Shown one piece after another: positions 49,033 to 62,350 of a stretch of DNA of 64,000 bases (positions within the stretch are counted from its first letter, which is position 1; each line of letters opens with the position of its first letter). The position numbers were made by a program, and so were the translations under genes. A model generated the notes under the pieces. That model saw nothing but the letters and a program-made list of their open reading frames with translations. It did no database searches and was not told the origin of the DNA. The stretch is from the NCBI GenBank assembly GCA_043228905.1, contig JBHGNT010000003.1, forward strand, positions 15,376,001 to 15,440,000, in the 5' to 3' direction. This stretch comes from Azolla caroliniana (Eukaryota; Plantae; Polypodiophyta).

Positions 49033-50555
49033 CGGTCATAGTAGACCTCCCGGACGATGTCCCAGATCCAATCGCTCTTTCTTCGTCCACCGTGCATGTC
49101 CTCCGTTTCCCTAGGCACATTCCTCCGCTCACGCTGATCATCCGTCGATCCCGGCACCTCACCGCTCCGTCTTTCGTCTCGTACTTGCCTCTCAAAGGTG
49201 TTGGGAGACAGGTCCCTCCGGATGGGAAGGGAGAAGAACAGTGTCGATGAACAAACTAGGCCGAGGCCGAAACCGGATGAGGAGTACCCAGCTACGGAGA
49301 GCCGGATGGTGCAGACCCGGTATGAACCGGATGAGGAGTACCCGGCTACAGAGAGCCGGATGGTGCAAACCCGGTATAAACCGGATGAGGAGTACCCGGC
49401 TACGGAGAGCCGGATGGTGCAGACCCGGTATGAACCGGATGAGGAGTACCCGGCTACGGAGAACCGGATGGTACAGACCCGGTGAGAACCGGATGAAGAG
49501 ACATACTCGTAAATATGTTTCTAAGAGTCCATCGAGGCTATATTTGTAAATAGCCGAAAAGTCATATTAGTATAAATATGACTTAGGGCAAACTTTTAGA
49601 TATAGAGTGGTTGTCATTCTTGTTGGTGTAAGAATAGAGTGAGCGTGTAACAGTGTACAGAGAGAGAGAGAGAGAGAAAGAGGTCGTTGCCTCTGTTGTA
49701 ACCGCCGCCTGTGGCGAGGATCGTGAGCACGAGGTCGTTGCCTCCGTGAACTCACTGATTGTACATTCTAGCATAGTGATAGTTTGCAGCCTGTGGGCTG
49801 CCGTGGTTTTTTCCCTATTTGGGTTTTCCACGTAAACATCTTGTGCACTCGTTTCTTCTTCGTGTCATGTTTTATTTCCCGTTTTTCTGTGTATGATTCT
49901 AAGCTCGGTTGTGGCCGAGCGTTGTGTATAAGGAGCGTTGGAGTTCTCGTCAAAAGGCTCAACCCAACCGCTATCTTCGGTCACTCATTGCCACTCTTTC
50001 GGGTGCATGCTTGTTTCTTGGCCCTCTGTCGGTCGTAGTGCATGCTTCGTATTACGTGCTTCACCCATCGTAGACTCAACCTCCGCGTCGGCCCCTCCTC
50101 CTTTCGTTGTCGTAGTCCTTTCCAACTTCGATTGGCACTCTTGGCCCCACTCATCCGTCTTTCCGTACCGGATACCCGTTTTGGCATCCACATTCGCTTC
50201 GATCTCCGACTCCTCACCACCACCCTCCATCTCTTCGGTCTTATGTTGGCACTCAGGCGCAACCACCATAGTCTCCAGCACCGGTGTCGAGGGATCTCGC
50301 CTCCGTCCGCTACAATCTTCCTCATTGTCCTTGTCTGCGTCTCGGTCGCCCGTCTTGCCGTTGCCACCATCCATCTCTTCGGTCTCAGGTGGGCCCTCGT
50401 GGCCGACCGCCAAAGTCTCTAGAACTACTGCGGGCAAGATCCCGACACCACTAGTCATCATGTCCGTAGCCACCTTTATCTGGACATCATCGTCCGTGGC
50501 TACCCCGTCTCCGATTATGCTTGCCTCCTCCTCGCTCGACGTTTCTAGCAACCAT

Positions 50556-51600
50556 TGTCATAAAGATTTTCGCCCACGGTGTGAAAATTGCATGGAATAT
50601 ACAAAATCGAGTGTGGTTCTTCACACACAATATAGAACAACAATAATGAAGCATTTTATTTTATATCTTGGTACGAAAAGATGGATGTCTTCAAGAGCTT
50701 CCAAATACATTTTACTACATATGAAATGGACAAATTAGTGTCAAGTTATGTGAATGTGAAGTTTGAGAAGAAGAAGAGAAAAACAAAATTGTGAGATATC
50801 CCACATAGATAGGACAACATCAAGATGTAAGAGTATATACGTAGAACCATATCTCCTTACATTTTATCTAAGTGTTAGGAGCACATAAGGGTTAGGTTGT
50901 ATAACTTCGATGAATGGATGTGGCCAAGTTATTCAAATAATGTTTTGGACGGAGCCAGAACCGGACGAACGGCGACGGAATTGGAACCAGGCCGGATAAA
51001 CGAATCGATCTGATAGGTTGACGATTTCGATGTGAAACGAACAAAATATCTAGACTAAAAAACCTAGTAAAAGTTTGTATCTAAAAGGATGCAAGCAAAG
51101 CTTGAACCTTGCACCTCCAAGATAGGAGGCAATAGACTTCCCACTAGGCTTAGTCATTTCCTTAGAAATGTTCTTTCTATCATTATACTTTAACATGTAA
51201 ATTCTCATATTAGAGCTTGATTGAGTGACATGGTTATCATGCATCACATGTAATGCATGAGCGTCAAATGGCAAACATGCATTCCATGTATTGTATGTAT
51301 GTCTTGTACCCTCACATGCATCATATGCATAGGGGGCATCTATAAAAGAGTGGATGAAGAAGAAAAACGAGAGTGATGTATTAATCAAGAAATTAAAAGT
51401 AAGAAATTTGTTATCCAATTTATGTATCAATCTTGTTCTTCAATCTAAAGTCAAGTGTTCTATCTTATCTCAATCTCTCTCTCTTTCAATCTATCTTAAT
51501 TCCTTTCTCGCTAAAGCTAGTGCAAACTTTGAGTCATTCCAATCCAGAACCCCGGTGGTTCTGCCTCACGATCCATGTGTAGTGACGGATCTTCACGACA
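50556..51600 (+). mobile_element. Solo LTR with 4-bp TSD CCAT/CCGT inside gypsy-B
   Basis: TGTCATAAAG...CTTCACGACA termini; AT-rich; TATA at ~51340. Confidence 0.8.
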
Positions 51601-54600
51601 CCGTGTCCCAAAACTTCCGCCCACTCTCGAAGTGGCGCTCGTCGCTCCGTAGTCCCGGGCCTTCTCCATGACCGTCCCTTTTCCGCAAGACGAGAGGGTC
51701 GCTCGCTCCGCACCCTCTTCCATGTTGCCATTGCACGCTCTTTCAGCCTCCACATAGGCCCCGTCCTTCACGAGTAGGGAGGCGTCTTTCTCCACGTCCT
51801 CCGATCCTCTCGGACCCAACTATGCAATAGACCCTTCTTCGGCTTCGATCTTTGTCCTCAATAGCTCGCATGCCTCCCGCACCAAAGCTTCTAGGTCGAA
51901 CTCCTCCGAACCATTACGCATTGAGCTCCCTTCCGATGGTGGTGCATAGTCACTCACCACCCTCTCTTCTCTGCTGCTCGCGGGTCGTGTCGTGGCCAAT
52001 CGCTTCTCATTGTGTTGCTGGCATACCCACTCCACTTCGATCCAATCCTCGGTGAGGCCATGTGTTCCATAATCATTTTCCAACTCGAATAAAATGTCCA
52101 TCCTTTCCTCCCGATGGACCGTCTTAAAAAATAGGAGGACTTTGTCCGCCCCCACCGATCTCCGATCCTGCTCCAAGAGTTGAGTGAAACAATGCTCGAA
52201 CTCTCGGAATGCTTCCATTGCGCTCTGATGGGGCTTCATCGACGCCACCCATTGATCAAACTCATGCCAACTTCGCCCCTCCAGTTTCTTGTACCCGTAT
52301 GCCTCTAATGAAGCTTCCATCCTCATCCTCCCTTGCCGCCTCTTCACGTTGGGTTCACCAAATATGTCGCGGAATTCCGCGGGTACGTGTAGGATCTTAG
52401 GCGGGATCACGGGGGTCTTGGACTAGGGAGTAGAGGGGGAATGAGATCTTAACCTTCGACCTTTGAGCTCAAGAGGAAAGAAGAAAGAATAAGAGGTTAG
52501 CATGGTAGAGAAAATAGAGACAAGATACATCAACAAACTATATTAAGAATCCATTATACGATTACAACCATGGCCGCGTAGGCCAAATCAAAACCCTAGA
52601 AGAAACCCTAACCGGATAGCTAAAGAAGAAGAAGAATGAAACCCTATACGAAACCCTAAATCGAAACCCTCAAAATGGGGACTCCCCAAAGAAAACCCCC
52701 AAAAGTGGAAGCCCCTCAAAAGTGACCCCTCACTCCCTTTTATAGTAGTAAGGGGCGAGGCACATTACATAAGGAGGAGTCAAATCCCCTTTCCTTTAAT
52801 GGGGAATATCTCCCATTATCTTAAATCGGTGGGCCCTTAACTCTCTCCCCTCATGCTTTCAATGCCATTGCCCATCATATTTGTACCCCCACGTACTCCC
52901 CTTTCCTACGTGCCCATGTGCACACAAGTTCACATCATCATATTTACACTCAACGAATTTCGTAGAACACCTTACACTTTACATTTGCTTATTTACTCCT
53001 AGGTTACGAATTTAATAAGTATATGTGCTACGTTGCACATCTCGTTTTATTCGTTCCGCTCGGGTTTTCCTACCATGGCCGAAAATCCTCAGGACAACGT
53101 AAGTTGACACCGACACAGAGGAATCAATGGGTCAAGAAGTGTCAAAGTTGCAACAATGAAGGAGCTGAGATGGGCATGTTGAGCAGACAAGCCGACCGAG
53201 GAGGTCGAGCAACGTGGAACTGGATGAGCCGTGGGAAGCAGAAGAGCGCGAGCAAGGAGAGAAGACGCTAGAAGAAGTTGACTGCAAGGTTCGGTAGACA
53301 CTAATACCACAATCTGACCTTAAGTTGAGCTTGAAGGGGAGTGTTGAGCGGACAAGCTCAACCGGATCCGAATCGGCTAAATAAGCTAGAGCCGGATCGG
53401 TATCCGGAACTGAGAACCGGATCGGTATCCAGAACCAAGAGATAGACCAGAGAGACGGATCAGATTGTAACTGGTAGGCCGTTAGAGGCCTACAATCCTA
53501 GCCTAGTACGTAGGCATTTTCTTTGGAGTCAGTGTCAATCGCTCGTATAAGCATTGAAGTACATGTCAGTACTTTTGTCGGTCCTTTTATGGACTTGTAT
53601 AAAAGTGCTCACTGAGCACATTGTATGTGTAGAGTGTTATTATTTTGAATTGAGTTTATGCTATTCTGCTCTCTTTGTCTCTCCCACATACAGTGTATTC
53701 TCAAGCTTCCATTAAACCTTCATTTATGTTTTACTGTTGTTATCCGACTAAGCTGGTTTATCTAAGCTTCCACATATTAACTTTTACATATTTCTTATGA
53801 GTCGAAGATGCCCCCTACACACTCCATTATACCACTTCCATTTAACACCTTTAGTAAGAACTTTCTCTTTACGATCAAGCATATGCATAAATGTATTAGC
53901 TACTTGTTCAAGAATTGCATAAGGATTTGTTCTCTATCTTTCTCTTTGTCTCTAGATTTTTGCTTTGGTTGGATGCAATGTATGGAAAAATGGCTTTGTA
54001 GATGGGATGCAACACACTCGCTTCAAGATGCATCACTACATTCCTCTATAAATGAGGGTTTTTTGCAACGCCAATGTATTGTGACATGTGGAAATTTTGG
54101 AGGCTCACGCTTCACACATTATACTCTACATGTTGCACCCAACTACAAAACCATAGTCTTTGCCGAATGGGGAAACCATACACATCGATACATGTTAGAG
54201 CCCACCCCCTGCCATCCAAACCATTGCTTCCATGCAAATTAGTTCACACACATTGTGATGTGAGACGGGGCGTTGGGACGCAAGTGATGAGAGTGATTGA
54301 CTATGCACACTTTGTTCGAAACAAGTTGGGGAGCTTGAGTATCACAGTTTGATACAATGCTCTATGTTTGATAATATTTTACTATGCTTTCCTTTCCACA
54401 GATCTTTGACCAAACCCAATCCTTGCACGAATTTCTCACACAATCACAATGTGCACGCTCAGTTTCAACATTCATTAATAAAGATTTTGAACATCGAGAA
54501 TCGCTACTCACTTTCACATGTATTACGTGAAATGTAATGTTTTTGGTCTCATAGGTCATATTTGACCTCGGAAGATGATAAGAGAATCTCTCTCTCTCTC

Positions 54601-55029
54601 TCTCTCCATAAATAATAGTTTTCATTATGAAAGAAAAAAGATCAGCAAGACTAATTTATGGCAAATTTTAGATTTGTTTGGGATCCAAATAACTAAGACC
54701 TTATCCCAACCTACATATCCTTAATTTTCACTTTTGTCTCTCTAAACAAAACAAAAATTTACATTTCTCTAAGCTTGATCTCTTGGCTTTTTTGTATTAG
54801 AATTTAGAATTATAGTGCAATGGTAAACCATGGGATGTTACTAATGTCTCACTTTTTTCGTATTAGAATTGAACTACAGTTGTAACTTATGTTTCTATTA
54901 ATTCTGATTTGGGTTGAGATTTCATTAATTGCACTACTTTTTTTACCATAAAACATATGCTCCATTGGTATTAATAAAAAGCCCGAAGGCAATATACAAA
55001 TAGTACATAATATTGTTTCATCTCCACCA

Positions 55030-55275
55030 GTATATGTGAACTGATTCTAGCATTTGTAAAAACTGTTGGGAAAAAAAACAGCCATAAAACACAGCATTGA
55101 TTCCAGTGATCTGCTGCAGAAAACAAAAATTCGGGCTCTTAGAACAGAACTCCATAGAAAACTTATATTTCACATGATATTCCATGTCCTCCGTCTTTCC
55201 AATCATATGTGTCAGGTGTGGAGTTGCAAACAGATCTGAACTGATTCCAGCATTTGTAAAAACTGTTGGGGAGAA
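55030..55275 (-). pseudogene. MFS sugar-porter exon fragments, partly duplicated
   Basis: ctgcag|QITGINAVFY and FSPTVFTNAGISSDL motifs, typical of the sugar transporter TM7 region. Confidence 0.65.
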
Positions 55276-55299
55276 ACAAACAAACCATGAAAATGAAAT

Positions 55300-56450
55300 G
55301 TACTATACTAATCTCCACCTCTCACCCCATTTGCTTCGATCCCCACAACTTATTCACTCCCTTCATGATGTGCTTCGGCCCCCTCACCATCATCATTCCT
55401 AAAAACAACCAAATTGCTTCATTCAATCCACCTCCACCATCTCGCCGAATGCCACCAATGTCCTGTGGAATTAACAACAAAATAAGTAAAAAAAATCCTC
55501 ATCCCCTCATGAATTGCTTCGATCCCCCCCACCATCATCACTCCTAAAACAGACACATTGCTTCCTTTAGTCCACATCCACCATCTCGCCGAATACCACC
55601 AATGTCCTGTGCAATGAATCAACAAAAATGAGAAATTGTTCCTCATCCCCTCATGATTTGCTTCGTTCCCCCGCACCATCGTCACTCCTAAAAACAAAGA
55701 AATTGCTTCAATCAAACCACATCCACCATCTCGCTGAATACCACCTCTGACCTATACCAATAACAACAAAAACAAGTGAATAATGGTTCCTCATCCCCTC
55801 ATGATTTGCTTCTGTCCTCCCCACCATCATCACTCCTAAAAACAAACAAATTGCTTCAATCAATCCACATCCAACATCTCGTCGAGTACCGCCAATATCT
55901 TGTGCAATTAACAACAAAATAAGTGAACAATGATTCCTCTCCCCTCCTGATTTGCTTCAGCCCTCGCACCAACACCACTCATCCTCACACCATGACAAAG
56001 TTGCTTCAAATCCCACTGCCATCATCCCGCAACCTATGAGAACCATAATATCTGTCTTAAGTCAGCCCATATCTGGGGTATCTTGCTTCCCCTATTCCAT
56101 CTCACCGATTAACGCGGCCCTGTAATCACAACAAAAAATGAGGGAAAACCATTCCTCGCCTTCTCATAATAATCTGCTTCAGCCCCCACTCCAACATCAC
56201 TCATCCTAACCACAAAAAACAGAAAAACGGCTTCGTCATGTCCCCATCTACCATCTCGCTATCTCTGATTCGACAATCCTGTTACACTAACAACCAACAA
56301 ACGAGTAGAAAACAAACAGAAATCCTCACCTTCTCCTAGTAATCTTCGACAACCCCCACCAACATCAGTCATCCTAATCACAAAACAACTTTAACCTATT
56401 TCAACCTGTCCACATCCACCATGTCGATGTCTCTGATTATCACACGAAAT
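55300..56450. repeat. Degenerate ~147-bp tandem repeat, about 7-8 units
   Basis: Recurrent TCCTCATCCCCTCATGATTTGCTTC / CACTCCTAAAAAC / CCACATCCACCATCTCG. Confidence 0.85.
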
Positions 56451-57046
56451 CTGCCTCATACCACTAAAATCTTCTTATACTAGTCTGATTCAGCATCCAG
56501 AACATCATCCCATTTCCTCATATCTTCTTCTAGCATATATACCTACATTAAAATAAGCTTCCTACATGCCGCCACTGTCTCCTCTCTGTTATCTCATGTT
56601 GTTTGCCATAAGAATGGTACTGGTGGCGAGAACATTAATTGCACTACTTTACTAGATGTTGTCGTGGAATGCATGATCCTTTACTCTTTGTTAAACAACC
56701 TTACATGTAGGTTACTAGATTAGATCATGCCAACACATTACAAGGGATCAAATCTCACTAATGACACTAGTTTACTTGATGCCATTGTGGAATACACTGG
56801 CACACACATGACGGTTATAATCTCCATCGAACAATGTTGCAAACGAGATGAGATGCCACACGACAATGTTGGGGTGGAATGGGTGAGCTTCTAATCTTAG
56901 CAGCAGGGCGAAGCTTTTCGAGAGATGACTAGATGCCATTAATGAAGGGAATGCAGGCTAGAGGAAGTCAAAAGGTTGTTGACGTCTCTTAACAACATGG
57001 ACCTTGCGTATGATTCAACAAACATTGATCCCTACGGAGGCTAGTG

Positions 57047-57205
57047 TGTACAATCGGCCGGTCGGTGAATCTCCGAGCAAACAGAGAGAGCAGAAGACCC
57101 ATCGATGGATGTGAGCTTTTTTGGGTACAATCGGTCGGTCAGTCTCCGAGCAAACGGAGAGAGCAGAAGAAGAACCATCGATGGATCTGAGCTTTTTTGG
57201 GTACA
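57047..57205. repeat. 2 x ~78-bp direct repeat upstream of (CT)n/(GT)n; probable AUG6 promoter or 5' region
   Basis: GTACAATCGG..TCTCCGAGCAAAC..CCATCGATGGAT..GAGCTTTTTTGGGTACA occurs twice. Confidence 0.8.
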
Positions 57206-57225
57206 TACATACATTGCTATTGGCT

Positions 57226-57228
<3 letters not shown>

Positions 57229-57268
<40 letters not shown>

Positions 57269-57310
57269 GTGTGTGCGTCTCTCTCTCTCTCTGTGCGTGT
57301 GTGCGTGCGC
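57229..57310. repeat. (CT)n/(GT)n microsatellite, likely 5' UTR
   Basis: Direct reading. Confidence 0.85.
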
Positions 57311-58866
57311 GCAATACATACATACGTCGGGGTTCCTTCCGTCGCCATTGTCGAGCTTGCTTGCTTCCATCACATCACGCCTCGTCTTTCCTCTCGGGCT
57401 CCCTGTTCCTTCTTCCTCCCTCCCTTGCTTCCTGCTGCCTTTCCGGATCCGCATTTTCGAATCTTCATTCCATTTCCCAGGTTCGCAAATCTGATTTCTA
57501 GATTTTTCATGATTTCGCTGCTCCTTTACTTTTCCTTCATTGGTTCATCACGTTTGCATAAAGCCTCTGAGCTTTCTTATAGGAAGAAGACGAACGATGG
57601 ATTTATTTACTCAGAAGCATGTATTACAATATTGTAGTTGTAGCAACAGTGAAATGTTTCTCTTATTATTGGCAGAAGAAACTAGATCATGATCTCATTT
57701 ATTGCTTACCTTGCCCTTAATGGATAGTATTGCTTCTTCTGAAAATCACATTATATTCTATGCGGATGTCAGTGGTTCCTCATAATTGTTGTGCTGTCAT
57801 CGTTTCTCAGTCAAATAATCGGTTTTCACGTATCCATGTATTTCACGAGAATCATTTCCCAATCTCAGTGCTCTATAATTGTTGCATTTCCTTGTTCCAT
57901 AGGTTCATCGTTTCTCAAGGAAAATCAGAGCTTTTCAGCCAGCCATGGTTTTCATGAAAAATCATGTAGATCTCATAATTATTGCATGTCTGTGTTTGCA
58001 GTCGTTTCATAGACTCATTGTTTTTCAGTGAAAACATCAGAGATTTCCGTGAAGAAGATGGATCCATGATGTCATGCGAGTCATACAGATCTCAATGGTA
58101 CATAATCTTCCATTTTTCAGGTTTGCAAGCATTCCATAGAATCACTGTTCATTTCCAAGTTCCTTCATGGCCAGACATAAACTCGGATATTTTCAAGAGG
58201 CCATGGATTTCATGAGAATTGTACTGATCTCAGAATTACATAATTGTTGCATTTCCATGTTTGCCAAATCTCCATAGAAATATTGTTTTTGAACGAAAAT
58301 CAGAGCTTTCCAACAGCTGGTGGAGCCATGGATCATGCTGATTTCGGAGCATAATAGTTGTAACAGTGAAAATGTCATGGGAAATGCTTCCTTCTGTACC
58401 AGAAGACAAGGCTCTTTGGATCATGTATACAAGAAAGAATGTGATCACACATAGAGATTGAAAATGAAATAAGAAATGTTATCTTCCATAACAGAAGCAA
58501 GATCAAAGAAGAGGTTTTAACAGTATAAAAATGAGATGTCTACAAGAGTGAATGTGAGTACAAATAAGGATTGCATAACAGGAATTCCTGGACAACCCCT
58601 ACCATTACTAAAGAACCATTGCTAAACATAGAAGTACCTCAAAGTGAGGGACTAATTTGTGGATGGATTAAGTCCCAGATAATAGAAACTCTCAATTAAA
58701 CTGAGTGATTTTGAAAGAGCCATTGTTAAAATCAGAGCGATTCTAAAGTAAAGGACCCCATGATTTAAGGCTTAGATCAGAGGAAATCTGGACAAAAACA
58801 TAACAAATTTTAAAGAACCATTACACGATTAGAACAATTCTCCAAGTAAAAGACACTTCTTTTGCT

Positions 58867-59546
58867 ATGGATCCTCTTTACGTGGCCTCCAAGGAGAAGG
58901 AGAGGGAAAGGGAGAAGGAAAAGGACAAGGAAAAGGATAAGGAAAGAGAAAGGGAACTAGAGATGGAAGCAGCACTATACACCAATTGTCTTCTTTTAGG
59001 GTTAGATGTGTCTATCCTAGGGCAAGGTGGTATGCCGAGATCAGGATTATTCAGACATTCGAACCCTCGAATGGGTGAAACTCTCTTGCATTTCTTGCTC
59101 AGTGCTCTTCGAGGTCCTGCCCAGTCTGCCAAAGTGAGTGAAAAGTTTTTCTTGTTCTTTCAGCAAACTACGTACAATTTCTCTCTCTCATTCTGATAAT
59201 TTTTCTGTTATAATTGGTGTTGTGTACAGGATTTTGCTGGTGTGTGGCCTATTTTTGATGCAGGCCAATCTAGAGATTTTAGGAAGGTAAAGTCTACTAA
59301 CTTTTATTTTCATTATTAAAGTTCATGCTAGTTTAATTTTAACTTATATAGTCCAGAATATATTTACATACAAACAGGAGGGTATGTTCATCATTCATAT
59401 TTTTATGTTGACTTAATCACTTGTAGATAATTTACGTCGTTTTGTTTGTAGATTGTACAAAATCTTATAAACGAACTTGAAGCACAAGGGGCATTGCCAA
59501 GAAGCAACTCTCGGGTATCGTCACTTGCAACTTGTTGCGGACCAAG
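58867..59546 (+). CDS. AUG6: AUGMIN subunit 6 (HAUS6), coding exons 58867-59133, 59230-59286 and 59452-59546; gene continues beyond the window
   Basis: [35 protein letters not shown]|[19 protein letters not shown]|[32 protein letters not shown]; GT-AG introns in phase. Confidence 0.95.
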
Positions 59547-59585
59547 GTATAAAATTTAAATGGATATGCACTATATACTCCTTCA

Positions 59586-59706
59586 AAATATAAGCATAAC
59601 TAAAATTTAAATGGAATGAGATGTGAAATATAAGTATAACTAAAATTTAAATGGAATGAGATGTGAAATATAAGTATAACTAAAATTTTAATGGAATGAG
59701 ATGTGA
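59586..59706. repeat. 3 x 40-bp tandem repeat
   Basis: AAATATAAGTATAACTAAAATTTAAATGGAATGAGATGTG. Confidence 0.9.
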
Positions 59707-59754
59707 GAAATAACAATGATGATGGTGATGTATTAATGTGCATGTCTATGTATT

Positions 59755-61300
59755 AATGTCTTCAAGAGGCTAGAATTGGCCTATGAGACAGAACAAGAGA
59801 TTACATCTTAAAATGTTGTGTTGCCGTTGAGAACAACGAACCTAAATAATTATAACATAATTAGCATAACTTCGTAAGGTACCAGAGAATCTCATTGGCT
59901 AAACAGTTAACATTCTAAACTTGGTGAACTGAAACTTTTGCCTTCGAAAGACCTCCAACATGGGCTGATCCAAGATCGAGAGGTTTCTAAAGAGAGGGAA
60001 ATGGCTTTAATGTTGGGTAATAATGATCTTTATTTATCAATGACAAGGATGATTGGGTCGTGATCGAAATGGGTGCGGCCTATGTGTACTACAAATTGCT
60101 ATTGCCCAATCTATTGTATCCCCCTTTTGAGTGTTGTGGTCAAGACCCTAGTTGTGTAGCAGGAGTGATGGAGCTAAAGAAAGTTGTGATGGTTTTTTCT
60201 TGACAAGTTGTTGTGGTCATGCTGAACTTGACTTTCAACAACTTCTCTCAATATCTCTGGACTTCTACTGTTCTAGCAATACAGTAGTCCCAAACACTGT
60301 TGGACTTTGTATTCCATTACAGCCTTGTTGGGAAGAGATGATGGTATCTCCTTCTTTATGTCTTTTAAGAAAGAAGAAAAGATACGTTACCTTGCAAGTG
60401 TTGTGATCAAGACCCTAGGTGTGTAGCCCTTGATTGACTTTAAGCATTAGAAGTGATGGACCTAAAGCAATCTGTGATGGTTTTATGTTGGTGAGTTATT
60501 GTGGTTGTATTGTCATCATTCTACCACTTGTCTCTATGTCGCTTGAGTTCTAGCAAGAGCAGTCCCAGACACCATTAGTCGTCGTATTCCCTTACCTTGT
60601 GTAATGGGCCAAAATTGTGTTTGAAGAGGCGGGGGCATCTCCCTCTTAACATCTTTTAAGAAAGAAGGAAAGGAAGATCCATTAATTTATTTTAAGAGGC
60701 TAATATGGACTCTAAAACCAAACAGGAGATTACATCTTAAAATATTGTCTCATCTTTGAGAACAGCACCAAATAAACATACCTAAGTAAAAAAGTAAATT
60801 CAAATAGAATTAAGATGTGACTAAAGAATCTCTTCATCTATATATGTAATATTCTCAAGCCAGATATATTGTATTTTTTGTCTTCGAAAGATCTCTAGCA
60901 TAGGTTGATCCAGAATGGAGAGTCTCCAAAATTTAGGGAAGCACTTGTGATGACGGGAGATAATGGCCTTTATTTGTTGATGACAATGGGGATGAGATCA
61001 TGATCCACGATGCCATAGCCTACCTATGTGCATGAAAAATTGCTATTGCCCAATCTTTTGTAACCCCTTTGCAATGTCCTGGTTGGGCGCCCATTTATGT
61101 ATACCTTGATTCACTTGTAGCATGAGTTGGAGTGATGGGCCAAAGAAGGAAGTGATTGTTCTCTGAGCTTGTGTGGCTGTTTCTCAACAACTTTTCCTTG
61201 TACCCCTTGAGCTATAGCAAGAAAAGCCCCAAGTATTGTTGGTCCTCATATTCCGTTACCTTGCATACTGGGCCAGATGATATCTTAAAAAGGCAATGAT
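59755..61300 (-). mobile_element. Degenerate dispersed repeat copies (~59755-60390, 60400-60670, 60690-61300; short copy ~62375-62530), probably non-LTR retroposon 3' ends
   Basis: Shared blocks TTAAGAGGCTA..GAGATTACATCTTAAAAT, CTTCGAAAGA, AATTGCTATTGCCCAATC. Confidence 0.55.
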
Positions 61301-61329
61301 ATCTTCCTGTTATTTCATAAGAAACAGCA

Positions 61330-62350
61330 CCGTGACAAACATAATGTTCTTCAGATTCCACTCCCAGATGACACAATTAGCAAATTCTTTCTTCTAGAGG
61401 TATTTGTGCATATATGCCTACCTCAATCTCTAACTTATGCGATGAAGTTCGCAGCTGCCCTATCACACTGTGCAGCACATAGGATAGATGTATGTGCATA
61501 TTAGAGGACCTGACGATGAATCCATCCTCTGACGCGTGTACAAAGTGAGCCTTATAGTGGGTCATTTTCCTACAAAGAGATGTTGTGGGGCTGATCTATT
61601 TTATTCTGTTCAGATCAGTTCGGATCACACTATTCTTTGACAAGTGTATCTGAATAGCCACAACTTAGTTTGTGACTCTTGGAACTGCAAATGTGCATGT
61701 TGTCTTTCAAGAGCAACCAGCAGCTGCATATCCATCAGAGAGTTGAGCAAAAGCCCTCTCCCTCAAGGAGAACTGAGGCCCTTTGAATGTTACTCCTAGG
61801 TATGTGAAGGATTGTGTGCTTTCCTTCTCCCAAGAAGAATTCTGGTTCTGATATTGTTGCCCATGCTTGCGTGGTGTTAAAACACCATCGTTTTACTTTT
61901 ATCTACCTACAAACCATTGTATAAAATAGTTTAAAGGCATTGAGATTTCTTTGTAGTCCTTCCAAAGTGTCAAAGATAATCACAATATCATCAGCATATA
62001 ATCATATTTGTATGGCAATATGCTCTTGAACCGCCAAATCTCTCTATGTAATGTGACACCTCATCTATATACAGACCATAGAGAGTGGGTGATTGGGCTA
62101 GCCACAGCCTCCATCAACCCTTGGGAGACCACAAAATTCCTGACACGGATTCATACAGTGCATATATTCCTCATTGCATATTGATAGGAACTCCAAGGGC
62201 TTCTAGTCGTTGCACAGGTTGAGCACGTGGTATTATGTCAGGCTTTTTGGAAATCCATGAAGCAGCAATAAATACTCTTATTATGGGCTTTGCCCTCCTC
62301 AATAAGGGCTTGGAGGGTCAATACATGATTGAATTTTGTGAATCTCTTCT
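61330..62350 (-). mobile_element. 5'-truncated degenerate LINE (RT and C-terminal zinc-finger region)
   Basis: HVLTLQALIEEGKAHNKSIYCCFMDFQKA; YADDI at ~61985-62000; LRTSSHKLEIEVG..PLEERIC. Confidence 0.8.

Larger units (their letters stand above)
34967..49952 (+). mobile_element. Rearranged Ty1/copia (copia-C) with three LTR copies (34967-~38618 interrupted, 38968-39721, 49199-49952); TSD ACAGG/AAAGG
   Basis: PBS TGGTATCAGAGC at 39724; gag-IN 39751-41681 resumes at 47006; RT-RH to 49032. Confidence 0.92.
33830..53096 (-). mobile_element. Non-autonomous Trp-primed gypsy (gypsy-B), 4-bp TSD ACGT, containing nested elements
   Basis: LTRs at 33830-34548 and 52365-53096; PBS TGGTGAACCCAACGTG at ~52345-52360; Gag remnant 51820-52330 homologous to gypsy-A Gag; no pol seen. 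Confidence 0.9.
33547..53788 (+). mobile_element. 3' remnant of copia-E (tail 33547-33829 and 53101-53341; LTR 53342-53788), host of gypsy-B
   Basis: Tail homologous to copia-B 17900-18210; PPT TGAAGGGGAG before TGTTGAG; LTR ends TTTTACA. Confidence 0.75.
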
